A stretch of 57,125 nt of DNA, the filler included, from Basidioascus undulatus (taxonomy: Eukaryota): NCBI GenBank assembly GCA_000826855.1. It is 3 parts of 3 records of this genome, joined end to end, with 100 filler letters (N's around TTAATTAATTAA, not from the genome) between each part and the next. Parts side by side here need not be neighbours in the genome. Positions count along the whole stretch, not along the records: positions 1 to 18,977 come from JTLS01000441.1; 2 more parts are not named here. One strand, written 5' to 3'. The notes beneath the pieces are model-generated. The model did not search any database and had not been told where the DNA came from. It saw only the letters and a list, made by a program, of their open reading frames with translations. Numbering within the stretch: position 1 is the first letter of the stretch; each line of letters begins with the position of its first letter. Both the position numbers and the translations under genes were made by a program. Below, in pieces: positions 1 through 12,537 of the stretch.

Positions 1-1073
1 TGGCAACCCGAGAGCTGCGGGACTGTCTGAATATTCCATACTTCCTACAGAATTTTTGAAGAGGCGAGTCAGGGAGCGAGGAAGGCAGGACGCGGCATGC
101 CGGCGAGAAGACGTTTCTTCGGCCGATAGGCGATAAAGCGGTTCCGCCGTCGGTGCTATCGGTGCACTATGGCAGGCAGTGCAACGCACTGCACTGATAT
201 TTCAATGCATTTGTTTAGCTGATCCGACCTTCAGTTCGGCTGTGAGATGGAAGTGAAATAATTCGATTGCTGCCTGATCCCAGTCACCCGATGCGTTCTG
301 GCGCGATTCGTCGCAGACTGGTAGGATGCCCTATCGTGGTTTGGATTTTGGCATACCGAGTGGTGCGTGAGCCTGATGAGCTGTTGTTGCGCAGGAGTGC
401 ACCCTCTATTAGCCTTGAACTTCACCCTTTATTCCCTTGGGTATATTTTCTTACCCACTGGACGCTCGGTCTCGATATGCCACGGGGCCATGATGGACTG
501 CGCTGCGCCCGTTTCTCCCCTCCTTTACACCGCCTTTTCACTCACACGGGAAATTGATTTTTTTTTCTGTTGATATCAGACCTACGGAGAACCTCGTCCC
601 ATCTCTGCTTGCTTGGACTCTGATACGTTCACGTCCGGGAACAGCAAGCTTAAGGGACCACAGGGTTGGACTTGAAGCACCGAATAACGAAGATGTTTAA
701 TACAGGCATCTTCGGCCTGAAGAAGCCGAATGTGCCATGAATAAGCCTCCTCTTCAAGTTGCAACTTAGAGGTAAGATCTCGTTCGTCACCGCAAGACAT
801 GGAGCACCGTTTGCTGTTCGCTTTCGCTTTCTGTCTGTCAATTCAGATCGCTTTGATGAAACGAGCAAGTGGGAACGCTCATCTACAAGCGTTGTTGTTC
901 GCCTACGCAGTGGTGTCGTTGGAGACTGCCGCCCACAACTGCCCTTGGGATGAACGCCGCACACTTGTTGCAGTACTGTGCTCCTCTCATCCGTATAATC
1001 CATTCGTACATGAAGAATTTGGAGCAATCAGTCCCAGCCCACAGTCTTGATGTTATCTACAAACACGGCTCGC

Positions 1074-2457
1074 TCATGGGAGAACACCAGCCCCCTGCAG
1101 GTGAACCCGCGCAACGCTCTCGTCACGGTGCAGTTTCAAGAGCCTCATGCACTCTGCAGCTTCCGCGCTCTGGAAGCGCGGCTGCCAAACTTCCGCCACA
1201 TCTTGAGCACTGGTTTCGGAGAGACGCCCTTGAGGGAGTACGCGGTGCAGTTCTGCTCTACGGGACGGCTCATGCTGAAGGCGTACCAGTGAAGCCTGGT
1301 CGAGCGCTTTGTCGAATGCGCGGAGAACAGTCTTAATCGGGGTACCCAAGTGGGCCCACTGGGGGCCCCATCCGGAGGTGAGGGGCGTGTCTACAGGGTG
1401 CGTAAGTCCCAATGCGTTTTCACCACGTTCAGAGAACTCACAAACGAGGTTAGGGCACACTGCATAAATGAAGAATAAGCTGTGTTGCGGTAAACAAGAA
1501 GACGAACGCCCGAGTTGCTCACTTCCTTTGATTGTAATGCTCGAGTTTCCCGGGTCATTACCCAACGACCTCACCAGCCCGAGCGCGCCGTGCTTGGATG
1601 CAGCGTAGAGCGGGTAAGGAGTCAATGGGTAGAGCCCCCTGGAAGCAACGTATGCTCAGCCAACGCAGTTGGCCGTGAGAGGAGAGCCAGAGTACCCACG
1701 AGATTGAGTCTGTAATGACGAGTTGTCCCTTTCCCCCCTCGAAGCGCTTGAAGTGCTGCAAAGCCAACGACGTCGTGTAAAGAGCAACCTTGAGATTGGC
1801 AGAGACTGTCAGATCTACGGTGAATCAACCGCTGCCAGCGGCAAAGTACTTGCCTGGAGATTGATGTCGAGCGTCTTGGTGTTCGGCTTGACCTTGTCCG
1901 ATGAGTTCAGACCAACGTTGGAGAAAGCTTGGGGGAGCTCGGCAATCCCTGCATTGGCAAAGACTGGTAGGGAGTGGTAGGTCTAGGCTCGCTCAATTGA
2001 CCAGTGGAGAGGTGCTTGCCCTGGTCAATCTTCCCAAACTTCTGCTTGGCTTCCGTGAAGAGGGCAGCCTTGTCTCGAACGAGGTCACATCGCCCTTCAC
2101 AAACAGGGCGGAACTATAGACAAAGCCAGATCTCAGTTGCTTGTGCGAATTTTATGAAACTGCTGGAGAGAACGTACCCCAGTGCAGCCTTGTTGAGTTC
2201 CGCCACGAGCGCTTCTCCTGCAGCCGCGTCGATGTCCCCGATAGCCACGCGACCCCACCATGCGGAGATGTTTCCAGGCAGCTGATGTAGATGGACCAGT
2301 GCAGTACTGACCCTTTCTGTGTAACGTGCTTTACCAGTGCGAATACGATGCCGGAGGCACCGCCTAAAATCGCACGCCAAGTACAACGTCTATGACCGAA
2401 GCAGTGAACGTGCGTACCGGTGATGATCGAAACAGTGGGCCCTGGCCATTCTTGCAT
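1074..2457 (-). pseudogene. Short-chain dehydrogenase/reductase (classical SDR, 15-hydroxyprostaglandin-dehydrogenase-like), probably disrupted
   Basis: Spliced exons give VSIITG|GASGIV (glycine-rich motif, last Gly is Val), VAIGDID, VKGDVT, VFANAGIAE, and YAASKHG (YxxxK). A -1 frameshift near 2075 separates FVKGDVTSFE from DKAALFTEAKQKFGKID. Two GC-AG donors. The 3' end and the junction near 1460-1525 are ambiguous. Confidence 0.7.
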
Positions 2458-2844
2458 GCTCAGGTGATGATGAGGGGGAGGCTTCTCGCGGTCTTTCTTC
2501 AGGACAGCATGCGAGATTTGACAAGTCCTGAACTGATAGCACAGTGTGTATGTCAAGCCATCCTCCTAATCTCACCGTTATATTTATATTCGGGACCGCT
2601 GGACTTAATTGTTTTGTTGATGCAGAAAACATGCAAGACTACCTGGCTCCCACAGCTCTTCACCAATCGACTTCTGAACGTCTGGCTTGCGTCTGGCTTT
2701 GATTCTGTCTTGTCCTTGTTCCATGTACTGTAGACTCTCACCGTCGATATAATGCACTCTTGGATAATTTGTGACTTGCCTGTGAAAAGCAATGTAAGCG
2801 CTCAAAATGGACCTTTTTCATTTTTGTGCATTCTGTCGGCAGCC

Positions 2845-3211
2845 GTGCCGCACCTAGCGTTCACAGTCAAGGCACCCATGAGGCTTCTATAAGCTGTCCA
2901 GGCTTCACCACTTGGCACCCTAGAAACACCACGAAAGCATCTTGTGAAGCACCGGTACGGTGCCGAGGTGGCACTCTGTTGGCACTCAGATGCTGTCCCG
3001 TCAAACAGCATGACAGCACCGTAGTGCTTGAAAGGCACCTTGACGAGTGCTCAGCAGGTGCCGGACTCGAGCACCCAGTTAACGCATATGCACCGTGCCA
3101 CCGACAGGGTGCCCGAGGAGGTGCCTGGCTGGTGATTTCGCGGGAATTCCGGTCAGCGCCCAGCATGTGCCCTCGGGGTGCCTCCCCGGCGCTGATTCGG
3201 CCGGCCGTGTA
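2845..3211. mobile_element. Cluster of GGCACC/GGTGCC-type short repeats; candidate non-autonomous DNA transposon remnant (CACTA/CMC-like subterminal repeats)
   Basis: About 20 GCAC/GTGC cores in ~360 bp, GCAC mostly in the left half and GTGC mostly in the right half. Possible degenerate ends CACAGTCAA (2862) and reverse-complement CACGGCCGG (ending ~3209) differ only by transitions. Confidence 0.4.
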
Positions 3212-3246
3212 ACGAATCACCAGTTCACTCGTCCACTCAGCGATTG

Positions 3247-4267
3247 ATGGAAGATCCACCGCGGATTCCAGACGATCTGAGAACTACCTCAATACACCTG
3301 TATACATAAGTCTTGCCATTCTTTTCGTCCTTGAGAGCAGCGAGTGAAGAAAAGAAGGAGCGAAGGGTGGAAGCAACGGTACACAACGGTCCACCCAGCG
3401 TTCCGTCCGAAGGGAATGTGGGCCACTTGTACACAGCCTCCGTTGGATAAACCGCTGCAGTGTAACAACGTAAGTCCTTTGCAATCGCGCGAACCCGGTC
3501 GGGTCCTGAATGCCCGCGGTGTCGCCGCGCTCATGAAACAAGTCCATAGACCATCCTCGGAGGCAATGGAAGTCTCAAGACTAGCGAATGCGGATATGTT
3601 TGGAAATTTGGGTTTCCTATGGGGGTTTTTTGAGTAGAGCAGTCGGAATTGGGCGAAAGTTGATGTCGAGCAAGCTCGAGCGGTTGCTCATTTGCCCGCA
3701 AGAGGCTGCACCGACGAGTTCAGAAGAGTAACTGCGCGCTGTATCTCCTTTCCAAGCGCCCTTGTGGCGTTACGACTTATCAAGACTTTTAGATACAGCG
3801 GAAAACATTCTCAGTGACTCTATCACCAAAGCCAAGCCCTCGCCGACGCACTCTCTGGTGAAAGCGCAGGGAAGCCGATACTATATGAAGCCGTATACTT
3901 GGGTCCCTAAGGCGCCCCAGAGGATAGGGGAGATAGGTACTCATTGGATCCTGAGCCCACAGCGTTGCTACTAGTGGATACGCCGACGAGAATGCTGGAG
4001 GCTGCGCTTGTCGGCCGAGCTCGTCAATGGGTACGAGAGCTCGCGAATATAGAACTTGAAATAAACCCTGTGCAAACTTGTGCAAACCTACATATCCTAT
4101 CCGCTTGCGTCCGAGAAACGGAGCACCTACTACCGCATCCCTCCTTCCCCTTCCGTCCACCGCGATCAATGTCTTCCTCCCCAAGGCACACATTACTCAG
4201 TTCACTGTTTCGTTTATTCCGCACCGTCTCCCAGACATCGGAGACCCTCGCACGCAGATTAGATTGA
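3247..4267 (+). pseudogene. Possible degraded orphan gene relic
   Basis: Protein-like stretches (KLMSSKLERLLICPQEAAPTSSEE*LRAVSPFQAPLWRYDLSRLLDTAENIL; LLLVDTPTRMLEAALVGRARQWVRELANIELEINP) with an in-frame TAA and GTAAGT/GTATAC donors. No family recognised. Confidence 0.2.
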
Positions 4268-5463
4268 AGGACGAAGCCGCGAGCTTGAGTTGGAGGCGAG
4301 AAGTTGTACACGGTAATGAGATCTGAGAGGTAAGCTGGAATAGGCAAGATAACCAGGTGACAAAGCAAGAAAAGCAGGGCGAGGGTTGGCGGTGAAGAGG
4401 CGGAAAGCATAGAGCAGAGCAAAAGTTGGCCGCGTCCAGATGATACCTCAAGTGAGATCTGAGCGGCCGAGAAGGTTACTTCACCAGGTCAATCACTGTC
4501 AAGCGGCGCACTTGCAAGTTCAGCTGAAAGTAGAAACAGCAACACTCGGCCTTCAGTGTTATTGGGGCTGAATTTCTCCATATCCTTCAATACTTCCGCC
4601 GGTTGTATCAGAGCAAAATGAACAACCCGCCACATAGAAAAAAGCACGACCGAGTCGCACAACGCCCTCCATCCCCACCCGCCCAGCCGTGGCCATCTGT
4701 GCTCTGGCTGGTAGCTGAAGCTCAACCACGGCTTGAACACGGAAATAATTTTTCCTTCATTACAACCAGAGATCCAAGTTTCTAGAGGTACTTGGCAAGT
4801 AAAGACCCTGGCTGGGGTCAGTCGCCAGCCTGGTCGAAAGTTGCTAGAACTTGCTTCAACGTCAGATCTTGCCCGTTGAATCCAGAGGCTCGCGACCAGA
4901 TAGGGAACCAAGTAAAAGCGCGATGATACAGGCAAAATCCAAGCCACTTTTGACCTTTAAAGCCATTATTTCTCGACGTGTTAGCGGCAGCACGGCTTCC
5001 ACTTGGTCTCACCAGACGAAGTGACGTCTCGAGCAAGACTCGAACGCTCTGCCATCTGCCATCATCAGGTCGACTCCCTCGCCCTTGCTTCGCACACTTG
5101 TCGAAGAACCCTTGCCTCTCTTACTGTCCGTCTATCACTAAAATCAATATCTGACGCACAAGTCTATACTCGGGAAGGCTCACGGACGTCCTATCGATAC
5201 CTGTGCCATCTTGCTCTCGCTCCGTATCGCGGTGGAGGATCGGAGAGTCGTGACGACTACTAGGGCGTATAGCAGAAGGGGGATACTATTTCCGTAGTGA
5301 GTAGGTTGCATTTGCTGCTTTGATCCCGGTTGAATAGTGGCTCAGGCGAAGGGGACTGACGCATCCGGCGCGAACGCAGGTTGGTTGCTTCCACCATAGT
5401 CCAGCCGCACCGATCCTCGATTCGCACCTCGTCTTCCTTCCCCCTCTCATCTGTCGAGTCGCC

Positions 5464-6168
5464 ATGGACACCCTCATCGCCATCCTGCAGCACTACGTCT
5501 CCCGCCTCCCCGGGACCCTCCAGTCCCTCGTCACGCGCGAGCTCCTTCCCCGCATCTCCACCCTCCTCTGCGACCTCCAAGCCGCGCTCACCTCGGGCCC
5601 GTCCATCTCTACCATCCTTCCCGTTGCGATATCCGCGTTCCTCCTCTATGCGACGGTCATGAGCGTGCTCGCGACCGCGCGCTTCGCCGTGCGCACCACG
5701 ATATGGGCCGTCAAATGGGGTGGGCTCGCGCTCCTCCTCGCGATGATGTGGAGTTGGGCAAGCGGAGGGGGACAGAAGAAGCAGGGCTCGGGAGGTATGG
5801 ACGTAGTGCGGCTGCTGGGATCGCTCCTGGGAGGCGGCGGTAGCGGTGGCGGTGGCGGTGGCGGGACTCAAGCGCCGCGGGCGAGGGGGTACAACATGCA
5901 CTCCTTCGCTCGACCGGCAGACGCCAAGCAGAAGAAGCCCTTCTCGTCCGTCTTCGAGCCATATGACTCGTCCAAGAACCGGCGGCGGACGCCCAAGCCC
6001 GCGAAGTCTTATTCGTCCCCGACGTGGTCGCAGGAAGAGGTCGACGACGACTACAGCGGGATCGCCGGGTTCCTCGGGCGCGCGTTGGCATCCTCCGCCA
6101 AGGACATCGCTCAGCGTGTCAAGGAGTCTGTGAAGGAGGGGTTCGAGCCTAGCGAGCGAGAAAACTAG
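5464..6168 (+). CDS. Apq12-like nuclear envelope/ER membrane protein (234 aa, single exon)
   Basis: Intact ORF with gene-like GC3 bias. Two hydrophobic segments (ILPVAISAFLLYATVMSVLATARFAVRTTIWAVKWGGLALLLAMMWSW) resemble basidiomycete Apq12-domain proteins, followed by a poly-Gly tract and a charged tail. Confidence 0.6.
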   Translation: MDTLIAILQHYVSRLPGTLQSLVTRELLPRISTLLCDLQAALTSGPSISTILPVAISAFLLYATVMSVLATARFAVRTTIWAVKWGGLALLLAMMWSWASGGGQKKQGSGGMDVVRLLGSLLGGGGSGGGGGGGTQAPRARGYNMHSFARPADAKQKKPFSSVFEPYDSSKNRRRTPKPAKSYSSPTWSQEEVDDDYSGIAGFLGRALASSAKDIAQRVKESVKEGFEPSEREN

Positions 6169-6518
6169 CGGGGGGTAATTGGAATGGAGAGGGCTTCGAC
6201 GTGCATGTTGTATCTTTGTCTCATCAGCCGACCCACCTATATCCTATTTTGTGTGCCAGCTCTTGATAGATTTCCTTTTACCCTTTGATAGTTTAATTCT
6301 CGTTCACAGCAACTTGTAGAGATTTGCGAGACGGCAGTACCATCGTTCGCTCACTTGTGCCTTCCCCAACGGCGGCCGACGATTCCGCCCCGGCACGAGA
6401 TGTCGGCGCCGAAAGTTGAAGGGGTTCCTCCACCACGCCGCCTTGCCTTGCGACCGTCGCTCTCCATATCTGGCCTTTCCCTTCTCTCGTTCACACAGCC
6501 CTTAGGACGTCCATCAAC

Positions 6519-7404
6519 ATGGCCTCAGCAGCGTCCGGATCCAAGTTCAGGGCATTCTTGAACGCGCCCGCAGGTGCGTCCAGCCCAGCGCGTCTTTCCC
6601 GTCCTCTCGCCGGCCTTAACTCTTCCCTCGCTCTGCAGGCCCCAAGTCAGTCGCTCCGCGTTGCATGCCCCCCTCCTGCGAAGGGGCATGATGCTGATGT
6701 TGCTTGGCGCGCAGGACCGTGTTCTTCTGGGCGCCGCTGATGAAGTGGTGTCTCGTGGCGGCGGGCCTGAAGGACCTGAACAAGCCGCCTGAGAAGCTGT
6801 CGGTTAACCAGAACGTTGGTGTGTCTTCGCGCTGTTTCCGTGGCTCAGCTGGGCGGTTGAAGTGGCTTAACATCCCACCCGCCGTCTCGTTCAGCGCTGG
6901 CCGCGACCGGGTTTATCTGGGTCCGGTACTCCCTCGTCATCACCCCCATCAACTACTCCTTGGCGGCGGTAAGTCGACGCTGTCCCAGTCATTTGGTCGG
7001 AGTAAGGGTTGTGAAAGGGGATTTTGGGTGCTGGAGAGGATTGTTGCGTCGGATTTTAGTGGTCTTGTAGCTGTTCCGCGGCCACGCACTGAGCAGCATG
7101 GAGGAGTTCGGGAATCGAATGCTCATCTTTCCGCCCGTTGTAATCCTCAGGTCAACTTCTTTGTCGGGTGCACGGGTGTCGCACAACTGGCGCGCGTCTA
7201 CATGTGAGTTTTTCAGAACTGTCTCCTATCCCCATCCTACTGCAGCACCGAACGCACGTGCGAGTACCGTCTCGCATCCGCTTCGCGCCCCACCCGTCTC
7301 CCACAACTCCTCGTACTTCCGCTCTGCAGCCCGATCACTGACGCACTGTCGTCCTCTACCGCAGGCACAACCAGGAGAAGAAGATCGCCGCTGCTCCCGC
7401 GTGA
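6519..7404 (+). CDS. MPC2: Mitochondrial pyruvate carrier subunit 2
   Basis: Six exons (6519-6573, 6639-6645, 6715-6818, 6895-6968, 7151-7203, 7365-7404) splice to MASAASGSKFRAFLNAPAGPKTVFFWAPLMKWCLVAAGLKDLNKPPEKLSVNQNVALAATGFIWVRYSLVITPINYSLAAVNFFVGCTGVAQLARVYMHNQEKKIAAAPA. GPKTVFFWAP and ATGFIWVR are MPC2-type signatures. Confidence 0.93.
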
Positions 7405-8270
7405 GGATGGAGGATACCCCATTCCGCTCTGTCTCCTCCCCGTCTTGCTTGCATATTACCCTGACGTTGTACATGCTCTTTTCAATATCTGTCTCGTGCG
7501 AATATCCGCTGCGTCGCGCCCTGCACCCGTCGCGCTCACTCGCCGATCTGCCATTGTGCGGCTTCCCTCCTCGGGAAGGCCACTTGCTGGCATGCGGGTT
7601 TTCCGTGTCCCACGTGCTCACAGTGTCCGACGTGTTCGCATTGTCTGCCACCCTGACAAAGACCAGGCTCATTGTTTGCGCTTTGCGCTGACGGCCCGCC
7701 CACTTCGTTTCGTTCGAACGGCGCATGCACCACATCGACTTCCAATTCAAACACTGCGGTTTCGACGTCGCATCTTCTCCGTCCGCTCGCCGTTGGGTGG
7801 TGCTGAACGTGCCTCAGTCATCTTCGCTGACGTGTCCATCTGGCTCGCAAAAGACAACTGGGAGCGGGCGGACCAGTGACAAAGGCATTTTGACCTACGC
7901 TGTGCCTGATGCTATGCGGTTGGGACATCTGTTTTGCATCGCACTCTAGCACGGGCGCTCAACTTTAGAAACAACCGCTTCCTTTCCACTTTCTGTTGCC
8001 GCCCCTACAATGAATCGGCCTTCAATCTCAGCGTACACTGTCATCAAGTCCAGATTCCCATACCGGCCTTCTGAAGTCTTTACGGCGGTCATCCGAAAGA
8101 AATGCAAGATTGTCTTTCTTGATAGGGGTGTTCATGGTACCGAAGGAATCCTCGCCGCTTTTGTGAATGGGTATCAGTGGAGAAGTGTTGTTGGCCATCC
8201 GGTTCCGGTATCAGGCAGACGCAGGGCGTTCACAAAGAAGACACACACCGGCGTTCGGTGCATGGCCAAT

Positions 8271-8702
8271 GCCCTCAATTCCAAGCCTGCATTTTTGGGC
8301 ATGTTTCTTTCTTTCACCTTCGGTAAGGGCACATTTGGAGTATTGGTAGTTGCTATAGCAAATTCGTCTATGTGTAAATAAAGTCTACACAAGGCGGAAG
8401 CCATGTCACTAACAGCCTGCGAAGTTCGGTGGGAGAAGGTGAAAAAGAAAGAAAAAAAGCCTGAGCCGCGCCTCGCTGAGTTTTTCGCCATTTGCCCCGC
8501 CTCGGGCATCAAACTTGCCCCTGTGCTGTGTGGCAAAGGTATATAAATGATTGTTTATATGTTTTAAAATTTCTTTTGAGCAGGCGAGAAGCGAGAATGA
8601 AGCGAGGAATGCCTTGCGGAGTCGACTTCGCGCCATCACCAAGTCGCGCGCCCTATTGGGTTACATAGGTACTCGCGCAAATGCAGGCTTGGAATTAAGG
8701 CC
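8271..8702. mobile_element. MITE-like element with terminal inverted repeats (~430 bp)
   Basis: Perfect 18-bp inverted repeat AATTCCAAGCCTGCATTT (8277-8294) / AAATGCAGGCTTGGAATT (8679-8696), extendable to 24 bp with 2 mismatches and flanked by AT on both sides. The interior is non-coding and A/T-tract rich with repeated GCGA/TCGC motifs. Confidence 0.7.
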
Positions 8703-9431
8703 ATCCGAGTGCACGTAAGACGGTCCAGCCTTGCTGCCGTTCGCGGGCTGTTCCATCGCATTTGAACAGTTCTTTGGCCAATTTTCAGCAGAATCAATGC
8801 CTGTCAACGAACCACTATTAATTCAAAGAAATTAAGCGTAGCGGTCCCCATGTGCCTTGAAGCCCCTCCTGCAGTACGGATGCAAATACAATGATGTTCG
8901 GACACAGCCGGCCCCAGGCCTGACTGTTAGAGGTGTTCGAGCTCAGCATGGACAGTTCGAGGTTGAATGAGTAAGTAGGGCGGTTGAAAAGCAACCGCCC
9001 CGAAAGACGTCGATGGCGAATGCGACTCGCCGCCGGCTCAAAACCGTTGTCTTCTGCGCGGCGCCGATCGTCAGGGCGCCCAGGGTGGCCCAGGGCGCCT
9101 CCGGTCTACAAAACACAGACAGCAGTGTACATCGCAATATCTGTCACGTGAAAACTCAAGATGCCTGGAACCTTGAAGGAAGCGGCGTCTTCCTTCGACT
9201 TTTAGCAGCTTGCGCTTGCACCCAGGTTGAACCAGAACTTTTACGTCTCTCTCACCTTCTCAACCTGCGGATACCTCGAGCGTGAGCCATCGTCGACGGG
9301 CACTCGCGTCTCTCGGCCATCTGGACGCGTACAACCTCCATCCCTCTTGAACCCGGGTCAGCTCTTAGAGCGCCTCTCAATCAGCGGCTCCGGTAAACCC
9401 GACCTCTTTCTTCGATTACCGACCGCCCGCG

Positions 9432-12254
9432 ATGGAACCCGTCATGCCCGTTGTTCTCAAATCAGGAGACACCTCCTCCAGTAGGAGTGTTCGCATCCTC
9501 GAGGTCGATGAGGCCGACAACCGGCTGGAGGCTCTCGGCTACCAGCAGGAGATGCCCCGGGTAAGTGGCTGAACGTACGGTGGCCACGCCCTCTAGGCGC
9601 ACTGATGATCTCTTCAAGTTATAGAACCGCTCGATGATCAATGTCTTGCTCAGTACGTTTGCTCCACTCGAGATGCAGGTTACGGCGGGCATCTGACCCC
9701 TCGCTCGACCCCTTTCTGTCTGGGTTCAGTGGCTGTCGGTGCGTGGTCTTATACGATGAGATTCTCGCAACGACGCTGATAGGTGCTTCCTTCATCATCA
9801 GCGATTGCCGCGATTCCTTACGGTCAATCGACCACTTTGTACTACCCGCTCGTTGGCGGTGGTCCTGTTACCGTTATCTGGGGGTAAGCAGAGTCCTTGT
9901 AGCAATTGTGTTAGGACAGAGCTAGTCCTTGCTCACAAAGTTCGTCGGGTAGATGGGTTCTCATGACGGTTATTACTGAATGTGTCGCTGTCTCTCTTGC
10001 GGAGATTGTCTCGCGGTTTCCGGTTAGCGGTGGAGGTAAGGGTTTCAGTGCTTCATGCATACAGTCTATCCGCTGACCGTGTCCTTGCATCGTCAGCGTA
10101 CTACGTACGTTTCCCCTTGTATCTGGGAGTATCATGAACTCACATCTCCACTCAGTGGGCGTACATGGTCAGCGGTCCGGAACACGCGCTTCTTGCTTCT
10201 TGGATCTGCGGCTGGGTCTCGCTCGTCGGTAGGTTGTAGTGTAGACGTAGAGGAAGCCGCTCGATGTGCTGATCCTGTGCTGTACAGGGAACTGGACCGT
10301 CACGCTCGCCGTGAACTTCGGTACTGCGCAGCTCATTCTCGCTGCAGTCAACAGTGAGTGCCTGTCCAGACTTGCTCGTGCGCATGTGTGTTGAGAGCTG
10401 ACATCAAACGCTGGCAGTCTACAAGGAGGATTGTACGTATGGCAGGTCGCACCCAAGTGTATACGGCAGTGGGGCTGACAGTATTGGGCTCTAGTCGTTG
10501 CTACGGCATGGCAGACTGTCCTGACCTTCTGGGCGCTGTGAGTCTTAGCGGCATCCGACGCAATCTGAAGACCGACCTGACATTCGCCCCCAGCACTATC
10601 TTCTGCACGCTCATCTCGACTTTCGGCGGGAAGCATCTCATACACCTTGACGTACGTCCTTCTTTTGGCGCGCAAGTTTCCCTGCATTGACTTACGCCAG
10701 CCTCGCAGACTTTCTGCATCTTCTGGACGATCGGTGGATTGATCGCCATTCTCGCTACGCTCCTTGCAAGACACAATGTTGGATTCCGTAGCGCCTCTTG
10801 GGTCTTCAGCGAGTTCTCAACGACGAGCGGATGGCCTACCGGCTGGTCCTTCTTTGTCGGCCTGTTGCAGGGCGCCTACACCCTCTCCTCAACCGGGATG
10901 GTTGCGTCGATGTGTGAGGAGGTCAAGGACCCAGGTAACTTTTTGTGTTGAATCTGTAGATACCAGATACTTGCTCATACAACTTCAGTACAGAGACTCA
11001 AGTTCCGAAGGCGATGTACGTCATAACTGCGGGAGGGCGACCAACTCGTGAGCTGACAGCGTGTGTTGCAGCATCCTCAACATCGCTCTGTCCGGCTGCA
11101 CAGGATTGCTCTTCCTGCTGCCTCTAATGTTCACCATGCCGGATATCGAGACGGTGCTCGCCAGTGCGTACCGCCTTATTCACTTTCGTTTCTTGTGTCT
11201 GACGGTTGGATACAGGCCCGACTGGCCAGCCCGTTCCGGCCATTTTCAAGCTGGTGACTGGCAACAACGCCAGCGCCTTTGGCCTCTTTGTCATCAGTGC
11301 GTTGAGCTTGAGCATCCACCAAGCAGCTAATTTTGACTTCGGTTTGAACAGTTCTCGTCATCGGTGTCTTTTCGGGAATCGGTTGTACGACTGCGGCATC
11401 GCGGTGCACTTGGGCGTGCGTCAAATGACTTCTTGACCCAAAATGCGACGGACTGATCAATACCGATCCACAGCTTTGCCCGTGATGGTGCTATTCCTGG
11501 ATCGGGTCTCTGGAAGAAGGTCCATAACGGCCTTGAAGTTCCGCTTAACGCGGTGCTGCTGTCCACCGCAGTGCAGTGTCTCCTTGGAATCCTATACTTT
11601 GGGTCGACGGCTGCCTTCAACGCCTTTTCCGGAGGTAAACGGTTCAACGACAGAGAAGATGAACTACACTCACTTCTGTTACCCTTCGACAGTTGCCGTC
11701 ATCTGTCTGGGCGTCTCATACATGATCCCGATCCTCATCTCTCTGTGTCGAGGTCGCAAGGCCATAGCCAACGCCAAATTCAATGTGGGTAGATTTGGTA
11801 TCTTTTGCAACATGTACGTGGATCGTTCAGGGATGTCTTGATCGCAAAGGGCTATTGACATCCCCTGCGACAGCGTTTCCGTCGTTTGGTTCGCCTTCTC
11901 CATCCCCCTGTTCTGCTTCCCCGCCGCTATCCCTGTCACTAAGGAGTCGATGAACTGTGTGTACTTGCTCATATGCGTCCCGAGCCTCTTTTTCACCCGC
12001 CCTCGACAGATGCCTCGGTCGTGTTCGTCGGCTTCATTGCGATCAGCGCAGGCTGGTATGTTGTCTGTACGTGCTGCGAAACTTCCATTCTTACTCTTCC
12101 ACAATGCCACTCACCGCGCCTTCTCCTGCCAGGGGGCCGCCACCACTACACCGGCCCACCGACGTCGCGGATTCACGAAGGCCAGATCATTCCAAGTGCT
12201 CCTGCGCTCGAGCAGGCCGCCAAAGAGACCGTCCCCAAAAGGCCAGAGGCTTGA
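9432..12254 (+). CDS. APC-superfamily amino acid/choline/GABA/polyamine permease (Uga4/Hnm1/Tpo5-like), many introns
   Basis: Spliced: ADNRLEALGYQQEMPR, GGPVTVIWGW, SLAEIVSRFPVSGGAYYW, GWSFFVGLLQGAYTLSSTGMVASMCEEVKDP, RCTWAFARDGAIPGS, GSTAAFNAF, ending GRHHYTGP...PEA*. All junctions checked are GT-AG. Confidence 0.92.
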
Positions 12255-12537
12255 GCACAGGACGCTTCGTTCTGTGTCGTTCAACACGCTTGCTTTTCTC
12301 TACTTCACTTTGGTCTTATTTCGTCTTGTCTGTTTCGAAGATACCACTGCTCGGATGCTTGCATGATACGATAAATCACTTCCTCAACGGATATCAAAGC
12401 TGTGTTGAGCATGTCTCATCGCATGAGTGCGGGCAACCTACAGCGATGGAGGTAGGAGTTCTTTGCGTGAAATGTAGATGCAACTAGGCCATACAACATA
12501 GTTATCAATGCAATGCTAAACACGCTGGAACAATCCT

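Noticed and set aside
9072..9099. CAGGGCGCC/CAGGGTGGCC triple repeat in the permease promoter
   Set aside because: Too short and degenerate to assign a function.
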